From Paraspadella gotoi (taxonomy: Eukaryota > Animalia > Chaetognatha), in contig CM119266.1 in assembly GCA_051294375.1 (NCBI GenBank), positions 2,283,008 through 2,347,007 of the forward strand: a stretch of 64,000 bases of DNA, written 5' to 3'. The translations under genes were made by a program, and so were the position numbers. The notes under the pieces were generated by a model. That model saw nothing but the letters and a program-made list of their open reading frames with translations, did no database searches and had not been told where the DNA came from. Below, one piece after another: positions 21,501 through 35,591 of this stretch (position 1 is its first letter; the number at the start of each line of letters is the position of its first letter).

Positions 21501-23814
21501 CTAACACAGAAGGGACAACATTTTACTTGCGGCCAAAGATAATCTCGGATGATTTTTTACTGTTTACATCGAAAACAACAACAACAACAACAAGGACAAC
21601 AACAACAACAACGTGTTTCACCTCCAAGTCCGGCGACGAGGACGTAGACGACCGAAACGACGACGACGACAGAAGCCGCCGATTGACCGTTGAGATCCGG
21701 AGAGAGATTCTGAGAAACAGAAAAGAAGAGAGAAACTGTCGACAACGAGCATCAGCGACATGGAACCTGCAGAATCTCTGCCGTCGAGGTGATGACGATG
21801 GCGGAGACGAGGGCCGACGTCGCCAACGACGTCGCGGTCATCAACGCGTGAGTCGTCTTCCCGTGACGAGCGCGGATCACCTGAAGATCATCGCGTGAGA
21901 AACAAGATCCTTTCTCATTTTTTTCTTTCTGTTTTGTTCGTTTCTGTTCCAATTTTTTAGAGACACGTGATTTTAATTTACGCGTCTGCTTCACACAAAC
22001 CAAGCTCTAGAAAAATTGATTGTAAATGTTATCAACTCGATTAACTCGATTGCTTCCATCTCGCGTTGCCGACTCCATATTCTGACTTGCAAGAATGTTT
22101 TGTCGCCCTGTCCCCGAATCACCTGCAAGAATGTCTTGGCGCCCTGTCCCAGAATCACCTGCAAGAATGTCTTGGCGCCCTGTCCCAGAATCACCTGCAA
22201 GAATGTCTTGGCGCCCTGTTCCCGAATTACCTGCAAGAATGTCTTGGCGCCTGGCGCCTTCGTCCGGAACTCGAAGGAAATCATGGCGAAAACGGGGAAA
22301 AGCGCGAATCGAGCGGCGGCGAACCAGAAGGGGCCTGCCAGGCCTGGCGAGGGATTCGGGAAGGGGAGAGGGGATGGGTAGAAGGGGATGGAGAGAAGGG
22401 ATGGGGAGAGGGGATGGGGAGAAGGGAACGGGAGTTGGGGGAAGGGTAAATGAAGGGTAAATGAAGGGATAAAAGTATGGAGATGATTATGGGTTATGGT
22501 TTGACAGGGGAAGGCGATAGGGAAAAGGTATTGGGGATCAGAGAAAAATATGAGGGGATTGAGAGAGAACCAAGCTGAGGCGGTTTACCGAATTTAAGAC
22601 CCGCCGAGGCCGACAAGAAGAAGGTTGTCGGCCAAGTCCATTTCATGATGTTGTTGGCGGCCGCCATGGGAATGTTTAGTTCTCCACCTGTAAGGATTTG
22701 ATTGATCGACTGATTGGCTGATTGATTAGTTTCCTTTATTCATCCATTGATTGATTGTTTGATTCCTTATCTACTATTTACCTTCATTGATAGATTGATT
22801 GATTGAGTTATTGACTTATTTAGAGATTTATTCATAAATTGATTTATCCATCAATTCATATATTTATTTGATTTATCGTTGGATTGATAAATTGATTGAT
22901 AAATTGCGACGATCGATTGATTTATCATTAGATCGATTTATTTATTGATTTATTGATTGATTGATCGTTTGATCGATCGATTGATTGATTGATTGATCGT
23001 TTGACCGATTGATCGATTGATAAACCTCCATCGAAGAAAGAGTCCAGACTCTGCAGGTCGATGAAAGGACCGCGAATGAATCGAAATCCGAAGGCGACGA
23101 AGAGGAGGAAGAAACCGACGCCGATCGTCATCGTCAGGGCCTGAGAGGAAGAGGGAGAGGAGGAGGAAGATTAGAAGGAGAGAGAGGGGGGAAGGAGAGG
23201 AAGATAGAAGGGGGGAAATAGGAGCAGGGGAAGGAGGAGGAGAGGAAGAGGAAGATTAGAAGGAGGAGAGAGAGGGAGGGGAAGGAGGGAGGAGAGGAAG
23301 AGGAAGAATTAGAAGGGGGAGAGGGAGGGGAAGGAGGGAGGAGAGGAAGAGGAAGATTAGAAGGGGGAGAGAGAGGGAGGAGAGGAAGAGGAAGATTAGA
23401 GGAGGAGAGAGAGGGAGGGGAAGGAGGAAGAGAGAAAAAGGGAAGAAAGAAGATTGAGAGGGGGGATAGAGAGGTAGGAAGGAATAGGAAGAGAGGAAGA
23501 GGAAGATTGAAAATTGAAAAGAGGGAGGAAGAGGGGAGAAAAAGAAAAAGAAAAAGAAGAGAAAAAGAAACCAACTAAAAAAAAGCGATGCGCTATAAGC
23601 AGTTATAAGCTATATAAGCTATAAGCAGCTATCCCCGTTTATTGAAGCTTCAGTGACATGCCCTTCCCCGCACCACGCCCTCACCTGGCCTCACCCCGGA
23701 CCTCACCTGCCAACGACCGACGGAACCGACGTAGAGAGGATTCCAGTTGGGAAATTCTGAGCTGAGATTCGCGGCGAGAGATTCGCAGAGGGCGAACGGG
23801 TCTTCGGGATCCAT
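15549..23814 (-). CDS. DUR3-like urea active transporter / sodium:solute symporter (SSS/SLC5) family protein, 16 exons, about 1135 aa
   Basis: Exons 23707-23814, 23026-23140, 22589-22687, 22231-22343, 21767-21880, 21622-21709, 20713-20789, 20325-20453, 19971-20042, 19788-19872, 19123-19328, 18310-18777, 17764-18164, 17261-17384, 16945-17055, 15549-16646. All are GT-AG with compatible phases; total 3408 nt, in frame. DUR3-type motifs: KWTWPTT, KFGLAGPFWFAAA, EFRTKAPGAKTFLQVIRARHG, GLAFG...SQSTWQSSIAVRP, SELLAATSILFYDVF. Many hydrophobic segments. Confidence 0.8.
17495..17689 (-). mobile_element. tRNA-derived SINE-like element in a transporter intron
   Basis: Minus strand shows an A-box-like TGGCTTGGACAG, a B-box GGTTCAATCCC, a unique body and a (TA)n tail. 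GC-rich island in an AT-rich intron. Only one copy seen here. Confidence 0.55.
22083..22251 (-). repeat. 36-bp tandem array (5 units) of transporter exon 4 end and donor
   Basis: Unit GGCGCCAAGACATTCTTGCAG|GTGATTCTGGGACAG. Confidence 0.95.
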
Positions 23815-25019
23815 TGTGGTTTGTGGTTTGTGGTCGTGATCAGATTGCTGTGGTCGTTGATTGATACTAGAAGTTGTGATGGAGTTCTATCATTTCTGTT
23901 TCATGTTCTATTTAATTTTCTACTTCTCTTATTAGATGCTAAACACGTTTAAAAAATGATGAAATTAATCTTCTTAGAAACTTCATAAAATCTAATAAAA
24001 TCTAATAAAGTTAATATTGTCGATTCAGTCGGTGAGCTTTGTATCTTTGTATCTTTATTTATAAATATGAATTTATTTATTTTTTAATTGTAATTTAGAA
24101 TTTATTTATTTATTTTAGAATTTTTTGTGAAAAAAGTATTTTTTGAAGATTAGTCAATAGTTTGAAGCAGCAGTTTTTTCGCCCTTATTTTCCAAAAGCG
24201 CCTCATTTCGTCTGAAATTCGAAATTTAAGGATTCGGTTAAGAATTAGTTTAAGGAATAAAGTTACAGATGAGGTTAGTTATATTGGGTGTTAGATATTA
24301 TTGTTAGGGCCTCGGTTTAAAGTTAGACATAATGGTTTAGATTTTAGCGACATGAGTTTCGTAACAGATTAAGGTTAAATATTAGGGTTGAAATTAAGTT
24401 CAGGGATTAAGGAACAAAAATACGGCGCTGGAAAAATCACTGTCTTCCCATTTAATTCGTTTCGGTTTCTTTTAAGACGAAAATAAAATAGAGACGAAAG
24501 AGAGAGAGAGACAGAGACAAATGACTACGTTGGATAATCGGACGAAGAAAAAGGGAAAGTCAACCGAAACGCGAAGCCAAAAAAAAGGTCAGTGGAATCT
24601 GGGAAAAAATAAGTCCGAAATGAGGCCAAAATAAAGGTAAGGAGCGAGGAAAGGTGAGGCAAAGAGACGCGACGCTGGGAGGAATGGGTAAGCAAGACGC
24701 CGAGCGATGCGGAATTTAGGATAAGGTTTAAACTTAATTTACGTGTACGTTGGTTATTATTACGATGATAATTTTTGGTGAAAAGTGGAAACGAATTCTG
24801 AGAATCGATGGCAGGATTTATTTTACTAAATCTTATATCATTAATTAATTTAACTTATCTTTGTTTATTTTTGTGTCGGGCAATTTAATGAAAATGTACA
24901 AATAACCTGCGGTTTGATAACATTTTTAAGAAATCATTTTTTTTAAAAGCTTCTTTCGTTAAATATATTTTTTCTCTTTTTACTCAGTGACGTCCGCAAG
25001 AAACGAGATCTGACTGGAT

Positions 25020-25073
<54 letters not shown>

Positions 25074-26061
25074 TTTGGAATCAAGACCAAATTGGAAATC
25101 TGAAATGGATTTTCTTTCATTTCTCGGATGACGATGATGATGATGACGACGATGACGATGACGATGACGACGAAGACGATGATGGTGACGATGATGACGA
25201 TGATGATAAAGAAAGAGGAGACGCATATCATATCATGTGCCTTCCCACAAGATTGGTGTGTTTCCACAAAGCAATAAAGGTTATCAGTTGGTGCCACGTT
25301 GCGGAAGATGTTACAATCTTACAATGCAGCTAACTGTTTGTAACAACTATTATTCTTCTGTTCAAACTAGACAAGCTATTTTCATTAACACACTCGAGGG
25401 ATAAAGTGGTATTTTTCATGTATTTGTATAAAAATATTTATTTACAAGCTCATTGACAAAAAAGGTCGTAGTAAAATTAAGTGAGATCGCGACTTGCGAA
25501 AAAAAATTTGCTATATTATAAAATCACAGTCGAGAGATAAAAAAATACAGTTTTAATACCGAGGTACTAATACTAATAACGGTAAGTACTGTATCGTTAT
25601 TCGAGGTTTATAATGTTAAAAATTATTTTTCAAATCGACAAAACATGTGTTACAACGCTCATTTTTTACACGTGACGCGCAGCAGAGAACCAAAAATGAT
25701 AAAAATTATTTTTTAAAAATAATTTTTGTAAATCATAGTTGAAGGCGGAAAGACTAGTGCGGTGTAAGTCGCATGGATTAGGTGAAATTTCCCTTTCTTC
25801 AATAATTTTTGTTTTTAAATTTCAAAATCTTAAAAAAACTAATTAGTCAGTTGAATCAGTTGAATAAAAACTAATTAACACAACAAAAAAAATCAATTAA
25901 AAAAACTACCAAAAAAATCGTAAAACAATCGGGCGGATTAAAAACAGATGTACAAGCAATAAAATCACAATCATTGAAATCAATTAATATCTAGTAATCA
26001 ACATCTATTGATATATTAATATATTAATTTTAATCAATATCTATCAATTAATATATATAAA

Positions 26062-29000
26062 TCAATATCTATAACCGCGATTGTCGTGTCCCCCGTCCTT
26101 CATTCTCGGATCTCGATTTCTTGGAGCGTTGTTGAGCCTGTCGGAAAAAACACAATTTTTTTAACGTTTTTATTAAAAAGAAAAAAAAACTTTTTTAATC
26201 CATCTTTTTCACTTGATCCAATGATTGATTGAAAGAATTCATCATTTGATTGGTGGTTCGATTGGCTCATTGAAAGAATTCATTGTTTAATTGGTTCATA
26301 GAGAGAATCTGATTGTTTGATCGAGTTTCAACGACTAAATCCCTTCAATATTTATAATTATACATGAATCTGATCCGATTGAACATTTTCGTTGACGTGA
26401 AATCACGTGATCGCTCGTTCGTAATATTCATAATATTCAAACATTTGACGTCAACTTTACCGAGTTCTCGTCGACCCACCCACCAACCCTGCGGTGCCGC
26501 CACTTTGGTCGGTCACCCTGGGAGCGGAAAGAACTGAAAGATTTCCCAATTTACACTCAACTTGTAATAATCCGTAGTGACAGCATGGAAGGCAAGGGGA
26601 TGGAGACATTCCTCACCTGTAACTCTCGGTTCTGTCCACGTCGTAGTGATGCTGCGGCGAACGGTGAGACCGCAAGTCCCGATCGGGGTAATTGTCCATC
26701 TCAACGTAGTGAGGTTTCACGCCGTTGTGAACGGGAGATACTGGAGGAGGAGGAAGAGGAGGAGGAGGAGGAAGAGAAAAAATGAAGAAGAACAAAGGGG
26801 AAAATATAAAAAAATGGAAAGAGAGAAAACCATTGAACAACTTTTACAGATAATTTCTTAGTTTGTTCATGTTTCCGTTACGAACAAAGGTTTTTAGTAA
26901 ATTTTGATAAAATATACATCGTTAGACAGAATAGTTAAGTCACGAATTTACAAAAAGGTATAACAGTCGCGAAAATCCATTTTCTTATCTAGTCCGTTTT
27001 TTTTTTATTTAAAAATTTTGCCCACAGCTAATTCTTTACCTCAACCTCGATATGTGATGGAACTTCGAGTTTGACGCATTCAACTTTTGCGAAGCAAATA
27101 AAAGGACATTTTTTTTTAAATTTTTTTTATGAATTTTTTTGTACAATATTTCCGAGTTGCTCTGTCCTCTTCCAATATTTTACCTCTAAGTAAACCGGTT
27201 AAATTGAAAGAAATATCAGTCAGTTTTACGTAAATTTTTAACCATCATCATCTGGATACATTAAAAGAAAATTCTACCGGTTGACCGGTTTTAAAAACTG
27301 AAATTGTACGATTTCAAAATACAATTTTCAAATAACAATTTAAATAACTTATTTAATTATTTAATTTTATAATTTAAACTTTTAATTTCGTTTGAACATC
27401 GTGAAAATTTAAACAATAATGCCTTTTTAAAAATGTTTCCATTGTATTCACACTCCGAGTCAAAGAGTCCGCCCATCTTTTTCGAAAGCGACGCCATCCC
27501 TAAACTGAGCTGTTCCCCGTCGCCTGTCTCCCGTCGCCTGTCCCTAGTCGCCTGTCCCTAGTCGCCTGTCCCCCGTCCCCCGTCGCCTTGTCCCCACGAC
27601 CCCGTCAACCCCATCCCTCGCCCTTCTCACCTTTCCCGTTGTGCGTTGGACTCGCGAGGTAATCGTCCTCCCACTTTTCGTTCTGAACTTCGTCCCTCAA
27701 AAGTCCCGCCACTTTGACGGAGAAGATGACGACGACGACGCCGACGACGACGAAGCCGCCGATCTCGAACCAAAACCTTGGGTGATGGGCGAGGAATTGG
27801 GGGGGGGAAGGTGAGGCAGAGCTCGGTTATAAATGATGGGGGGAAAAGTAAGTAGGATGACAATGAAAAACAAACAAAATAAAACATAGGCCAACAACAA
27901 TGAAAACAAACAAAATAGAACATAGGCCAACAACAATCAAAACAAACAAAATAGAACATAAGCCAACAACAATCAAAACAAAGCAAAATAGAACATAAGC
28001 CAACAACAATCAAAACAAACAAAAAAAAACATAGGCCAACAACAATCAAAACAAACAAAATAGAACATAAGCCAACAACAATCAAAACAAACAAAATAGA
28101 ACATTAGCCAACAACAATCAAAACAAACAAAATAGAACATAAGCCAACAACAATCTTCCCTTTTTTCTTCTTCCATTTCCTCACCCGTTGATCGGATCCA
28201 ACAGCAGACGACAGGGAATCGACACCGCGTCCTCGACCCTCGACCAAATGGGCGTGCACGGCGCCGCTTCGTCTCGCAGCCGGCGCCAAAAGTCGTTGAG
28301 GGCGCCGCGGACGCGATTGAGCAGCGCCGCCTGGAAACCGGCGACGGCGTCAAGAGCGACGGTGGAGACGGAGACTACGAAGGACGACGTCGCCGAGGTG
28401 AGGTTGGCGACGAGGCGCTGGGCGGTTGGGGCTGGGGTTTGGAGGAAGGAGGGGGGGAAAGAAGAGGGTTGGTGGGTGAGGAAGTTGGGAAGGTTGGAAA
28501 AAGAGGAAGTAAAAATTAGTAACTAAGGAACGTGTTTTTATGTTTCACATATTTATATAATTTATATTTGGTTTTTAGGTTTCGTTTTATCAATGTTTAG
28601 CATTTTCATTCACTCTCCCCTTAACGCCCAGCCTGGAACCCCCATTATTTCCCTCAAACATTCCGCTTTCTCTCACTAGTCCTCACCTCACCTAAGATTT
28701 CTCACAAAATTCTCCTCCTCCTTTTTTTTTCCCTTTCCTCCATTCCTCACGCAATTCCGCCCTTCAGTCCAATTCCTTCAAATGAAGCGAGGATACGCAT
28801 CCAACATTCGGCTCCAACGTCTCTCCCCACAACTCCGTCCGCCTCCATCCGCGAGAAGTTGGCGGCGAAGGCGTCGAGTTTGGCGGACAAATCCGGTTTG
28901 GAGGAGGTCGAGGCTTTGGTCGACATGTCCTTCAGCTGGGCGGAGAACTGAGGGGTAGAACCAAAGGCGCATGAAGGTGTAATCTTTAGTTTTCTACATC

Positions 29001-32000
29001 TAGTAGTAGTTTATAGTACTTATGGATAAAGAAAAAATGAGTATTAAAATATAATGTAAAAATATTACTAATATCAATAATTTTTAAAACGAAAAGTACA
29101 ATATAGCTTAATCACAAAGATAAGATAGGTTGTATTTTTTTCTTTTTTTCGGTGAGAAATAGAATATTTTTTTTTTTAATAACAAAAACCAATATCTCAG
29201 TGAGAAAGATTTTTTTAGTTTAATCCTTAACTATTTTGTAAATATAGATTGTATTCCAAATTCGGACCTTAGCGAGCTATACTTGTTCCACAAAAAAATT
29301 ATTATATTTATTATATTGATATCTTTATAAGATACATTCGTAGGTCGTGGGCATTGGGATAAACTCTNNNNNNNNNNNNNNNNNNNNNNNNNNNNNNNNN
29401 NNNNNNNNNNNNNNNNNNNNNNNNNNNNNNNNNNNNNNNNNNNNNNNNNNNNNNNNNNNNTATCTCGTTTCAAATACTACTATATGCAAATGAGATTAAT
29501 AAACTCACATATCACTCAGAAACAACAAAAGGCGCAAACCTGCGTCAAATTAAAAGCCGCCAGTGACGCCTTGACCTTCGTGGCGTTGAAGGCGTAATCG
29601 GTGGCGTTGGCGAGGTCGTCTGCCTGGAGGGCGTCGGCGGCGCGTTTGGAGATTCCGTCGGCGTCGACGGTGGAGTTGATGGCGGCGATGATTTGCTCCT
29701 CGGCGTCGGCGATGGAGGAGTTCATGTTTGGGAGGAACGAGTTGGGATCGAGTTTCTTCTCCAGCTGGAGAAGGAGGAGGAGGAGGAGGAGGCGGAAAAA
29801 ATATGAGGATGAGAAAGTTTTCATTTGTCTCAGTCGTTTGTTTTTGCTAGTATCTTATTTATAATTTTTGGGGGTCGCTTTCTTCTTAATTACGTATTAT
29901 GGCAACATCCGGGTTGCCTGTGATGCCCATTGGGATGGGGCATCTCACTGTTGACTTTGGGGGCTTCCGACCCTCAGTGAGGCATCCAGTCACTGGCGCG
30001 GTTACCCTAAGACGGTCTCGCTTTGCCAACGCAGAGGGAAGTCGTCAGGACTGTGGATGGAACACTACGCCATTCCTTTTACTCCACATTTCTTTCTATT
30101 TTTCTATCCATCTTTCACTCGCTTTTTTCTATCCATCTTCTCTCAATTTCTTTCCATCATTTTCTATCCATCTTTCTCTCTCCTTCTCTTTTTCTCTTCC
30201 ATTCCAACTTCCTTACCCCTAAACTCACCTTCTCCAACTCTTTATCGACCAAATGCGTGGATTCCACGATTCTGTAGATGGGTTCTCCTTTGCTGCAGCG
30301 AAGGATGACGTCGTGGACGGAGAACTTCCGCTGCGCGGGAAGGTAGATCTTGATGACTTCGTCCGCGAGCATGGAGCCACCCTCGGTCGGGTTGAGGAGA
30401 GGCTCGCACATCTCATAGTGCATTTGGCCCAGGCCTGGAGGAAGATTTGGAAGGGTTGATAGACAATTCGGCTCGTGTCTCTTTACTTCAGAGGTGTTTG
30501 GAAATATGGCTATTCCTTGTTGTAAAAGATAATAGTCAAGAGAATTCGACAGTCATTGACAAACTTACTGTTGTAAAAGAGGACCGTGAACAGCATGAGC
30601 AGCGGACAGAAGATGAAGTAAAATCCAACGGAGGCCATGAAGCAATCGGCGCTGGTCTTTCCGCTGCAGCAGGAAAGGAAAAAGGCGATGACGAGGAAGA
30701 GTACCACGAGTCCCGCCATCGCAGCGACGACGTAGAAACCGTAAGTCGTGTAGTCGATGGAGTCGTTCACCTGAGATCCGAGAGATGTCGTTGACGATTG
30801 GTTCGAGGAAGAGGCAGGAAATTAAACAAAATGCAAACGGGGGATTTTAAGTTACGAATGGAGTGATGATATTTGCGAGATTACTTGATTACAATGTACA
30901 TACTATTTAAAAAAGTATAAAAGGCTACATATTATAGATAACATTTAAAATTTAGAGATTAATTTATTTTTTACTGTTATATTTTTTTTATTTTAAACAT
31001 ATCAATAACGTGGAGTTTTTTAAATTTAAGCTATATTTTATGTTTGAGAAATATATACTTTTTGTCGTAAGTGGGTCGTTCGGTCTGTCTGTCTCTCTCT
31101 CTACTTTTCTCACCTCGACTTCATTTTCCTTAAAAGTCTTTTTTACTTCTTTGACACTTTTCTCAAAATTATCCATCGAAGGTCGAACTTCGTCCCAAAC
31201 AGAATCCAGGCTTTTGATGGCGGAAGACCGGGCTTCATCCGTCACGTTGGTGAAGACGGATTTGCGTTGCATCACCTGGGGAATTCAAATCGATTTCAAT
31301 CACGGTCAATGTTCCCCCCTTCCACTCTCCCTCTCACCTCCGCGGACAATCTTTCTCCCCCCTCCTTTCCCCTCTCCTCCTCTCTCCACCTCCGCGAACC
31401 ATCTTTTCTTTCTTCTGCCCCCCCTCCTCTCTCCCTCTCCCACTCTACCTGACATCCAAACATTTCTTCCTCCCCCCTTCCTCTCTCCCTCTTCTCTCTC
31501 CACCTCCGCGGACGTACTCTCTTCCCCATCCCTGTCCTCTACTCCCTCTCCCTCTCACACCGTCAATTGAACAATTCTTCCTCCCCCCCCTATCCTCCTC
31601 TCGTCCTCTCCCTCTCACCTCCTGCGAACAATTTCTCGCCCCTCCCTTCCTCTCATCCCTCCTCCTCTACCTCCAGCGGAACCATCTTCTCCCCCCCCTT
31701 CCTCTCTCCCTCTCCCTCTCACCCTCGCGCGAACATCTCCTCGCCCCCCTTCCTCTCTTCTCTCTCCACCTCTCACTGACATCTTCTCCGCCCCTTCCTC
31801 TCTCCCTCCCCTTCTCACCTCGCGAACATCTTCCATCTCCCCCCCATCTCCTCTCTCCCTCTCCTCTCACCTCCGCGAACATCTTCTCCCCCCCCGTCAC
31901 TCTCTCCCTCTCCTCTTCACCTCCGCGAAACATCTTCTCCCCCCCCTTCCTTCTCTCCCCTACTCCATCCATTCCTCCAACTATCATTCTGCCCCCTCTT

Positions 32001-35000
32001 CCTCTGCCTCCCTCTCCCTCTCAACCTGCAGACACAATCTTCTGCCTCCCCATTTCCCTCTCTCCCTCCTTCTCGACTCGCGAGATCATCTTCTCCCCCC
32101 TTCCTCTCTCCCTCTCCCTTCTCACCTCCAAACATTTCTCCCCCCCTTCCTCTCTCCTCTCCCTCTCATCTCCGCGAACATCTTCTCCCCCCCTTCCTCT
32201 CTCCCTTCCCTCCAAATCTCGCGCAACATTGTTCCCCCCCTTCCTCTCCATCTCTCTCACACTCCGCGAACTCTTCTCCCCCCGTCCTCTCTCCCTTCCA
32301 CCTCCCTCTCACTCCAATCCTTTCCCCCCCTCATCTTCTCCTCTCCCTCTCACCTCCAGTGCGAACATCTTTTCCCCCCCTTCTTCCTCTCCCTTCCCTC
32401 TCAATCCTCGCAAAAACATCTTCTCCCGCCCCTCCTCTTCCCTCTCCCCTCTCACCTCGCGAACTTTCTCCCCCCCCTTCCTCTCTCCCTCTCCTCTCAC
32501 CTCGCGAACATCTTCTCCCCCCCTTCCTCTCTCCCTCTCCCTCTCACCTCCGCGAACATCTTCTCCCCCCCCTTCCTCTCTCCCTCTCCCTCTCACCTCC
32601 GCGAACATCTTCTCCCGCCCCCGTCCTCTTCTCCCTCTCCCTCTCACCTCCGCGAACATCTTCTCCCCCCCTTCCTCTCTCCCTCTCCCTCTCACCTCGC
32701 GAACATCTTCTCCCCCACTTCCTCTCTCCCTCTCCCTCTCATCCGCGAACATCTTCTCCCCCCTTCTCTCTCCTCTCTCCTCTCACCTCCGCCGACATTC
32801 TTCTCCCCCCTTCCTCTCTCCCTCTCCCTCTCACCCGCGAACATCTTCTCCCCCCCTTCCTCTCTCCCTCTCACCTCCACTAACATCTCTCCCCCCCCTT
32901 CCTCTCTCCCTCTCCCTCTCACCTCGGCGAACATCTTCTCCCCCCCTTCTCTCCCTCTCCCTCTCACCTCCGCGAACCATCTTTCCCCCCCCCCTCCTCT
33001 CTCCCTCTCCTCTCACTCCGCGAACATCTTCTCCCCCCCTTCCTCTCTCCCTCCCTCTCACCTCCGCGAACATCTTCTCCCCCCCCTTCTTCTCTCCCCT
33101 CTCACCTCCGCGAACATCTTCTCCCCCCTTCCTCTCTCCCTCTCCCTCTCCACCTACGCGAACAATTCTCTCCCCCCCCCTCCTTCCCTCTCTCCCTCTA
33201 CCCTCCGCGACTCTTTCTCCCCCGCTCCGTCCTTCCTCTCTCCCTCTTCCCTCTCACCTCCGCCGACAATTCTTCTCCCCCGCTCCGTCCAACTCCGTCT
33301 TGGCTTCTTCCACATCCTTGGTCAAGTTTCTCCTCTCCAAATCCTCGACGGCCTTCAGACTCGCCTCCACCCCGGGAATATCCACGAGGCCGTCGATTCC
33401 GGCCAACTCTGTCTTCAAGGCGTTGCATCCGGCGCTGAGGGCGGCGTCTTGGCAGTCGGCGCCGTCGAGCAGCAGCAGTAGCGCCGATAGGTCGCTGCCG
33501 AATTCGCCGGATTTGAGTTGGGAGGCGGAAGAGGAGATGGCGAGGAGGTCGGCCTGGAGGAGGAGGAGGAAGAGGTTCGAGTTTCATCTTTAACAATAAC
33601 AAATTTCAATCAAACTAGAGACGGGCTCTCTGAATGAGAAAAATTTGTAAAGCTACAATGCTACAATGAAATGAAGTATCTCAATATTACTTTCAAAGCT
33701 AGATAAACTAAAAGATTTAAAAGATACGAAAAAATAAACTAAATTGCTACAATATGCAAATGAGATAAAGGTACACAACCTCAAATTACTCTGCAGCAGG
33801 TGTTTTCGTTGGTTTAGTTAAGGTTGGTTGGTTGGTCTATAGTTGGTTATTTTTGGTGATTGGATCGGGAGAATGACAGTTAGATTGGTGTGTTAGAGTT
33901 TGTATCTCTGTCTGGTCTCTCGTTTAATCGGGGGGGGGATAATCAATTGGTTCGTGGGTGGTTAGCTGCTCCGACATATGTCCGGTTCATGGATTGGTTG
34001 GTAACTTAGTTGGCTGCCTGGGCCCTCCATTTTAGGTTTGAACGTTAGTTTAATGGTTGGTTGATTGGTGAGTCGATTGATTGGTTCATTCGATCACTTT
34101 GTCCGGTTTCTTCTTCGTTGGTTGGTTAATTGATGATCGATAAGTCTTTTATTGGTTAGACTGTTGTTAAATAGTTTGGTTGGTTAGTTGCTCTGTCGGA
34201 TGTTTGGTGGGTTGAAAAAGCTTCGGGACGGTCTTTATTGTTTGTTTCAATAACAAATTGTTTATTTTTATTTAAAAAATAATGCGTGGGCGAAAAGTTT
34301 GGTCGCGTTAAAGATTCAAAGATTCTTCCCCCCCCCACTTTGGTCCTTTGAAACTAGAAAAACGAGTTACAAGTTCCGGAAAACTGGTTTTCCCCATGAA
34401 AAAAAAAAACATTTAAAATATAGATTTCAAAAGATTAAAAGTTGGACGAAAATCAAACAGTTAAAACTCGAAATACCAACGGGCCAATTTTTACAGACTT
34501 ACAATCAATCAATCACTCGATCGATCGATCGGTCAGTCAATTTGTTTTGTCTGTCTGTCGGTCCGGTCTATCCATCCCCAACCCCCCCCCTTCCCCCCTT
34601 CAAAACGCTTCGCGGCTCAAGATCCTCTTCAACAAAACGTCGGCATCGTCCAAGACGCCGCTCAACTCTTTGGAGGCGGCGTCGACGCCGGTTTTGGCCC
34701 GCGACGCCGCGACGTCGATCTCGACGACGACGCCGTCGACGACGCCGTCGACGGTGGAGTTGACGACGTCGACGAGAGAGTCGAAGACTTCGCGGAGTCC
34801 GACGGACATTTCGAGGGAGGCGGCGGTGATGAGGTCGGCTTCGGGGTCGACGATCTGTGAGAGGGAGATGGTGGGAAGAAAGGAGGGTGGGAAGGTGGGA
34901 AGGTGGGAAGGTGGAGTGGGGAAAGATGGGTGGGAAGAAAGGTGGGTGGGAAGGTGGGATGGGGACAGATATTTTCTATTTTCTGAAGGAGAATTTCTGT

Positions 35001-35556
35001 CTCTGACGGTCTATTTCTGTCTGTCTGTGTCTGTCTGTTTAGGTCTATCTCTGGCTCCTCTCCGACTCTCTCCAACTCTCTCCGACTCTCTCCGACTCTC
35101 TCCGACTCTCTCCGACTCTCTCCGACTCTCTCCGACTCTCTCTCTCTTTCCCTACTCTCTCTTCGCCCCTCAAAATCCTTCACCTCATTCCTTCTCTTTC
35201 TTCCAAACCTCAACTTTTTTCTCAACCGAGAAAAGCCTTACCTTCCAAATCCAAGCCTTACCTTCTTCGCGTTCCGGTTCAGCTGCGCGGTGAGGACGAA
35301 GGCGCCGACGACGAAGAGAATCGCGACGACGCCGAACAGCAGCAGCACGAATTGGCAGCAGAGCCGCTTCCCGTGCCGCTTCTTTCCCGACCGCTTCCCG
35401 CCGCCGCAGTTGCCGCAGCACCTGAGTGCAGAGAGAGAGAAGTAAATCAAATGACCTTAACTTAAACTTTAAAGTATAAAAGGTTTTTTAAAAAAATTGT
35501 TTAAAAACTTTTGTTGGCTTCGCAATTTAGAGTCAGACTGAAGTAAGTAGAATAAA

Positions 35557-35591
<35 letters not shown>

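Noticed and set aside
27870-28155. Repeat translating as TM-like VVGLCSILFVLI, taken as prominin TM5
   Set aside because: The true TM5 exon is 27631-27776 with a correct phase; the repeat is intronic.
32229-33593. 454-aa Pro/Ser-rich plus-strand ORF
   Set aside because: It is the antisense of a prominin exon plus a pyrimidine tandem array that lacks stops by composition.
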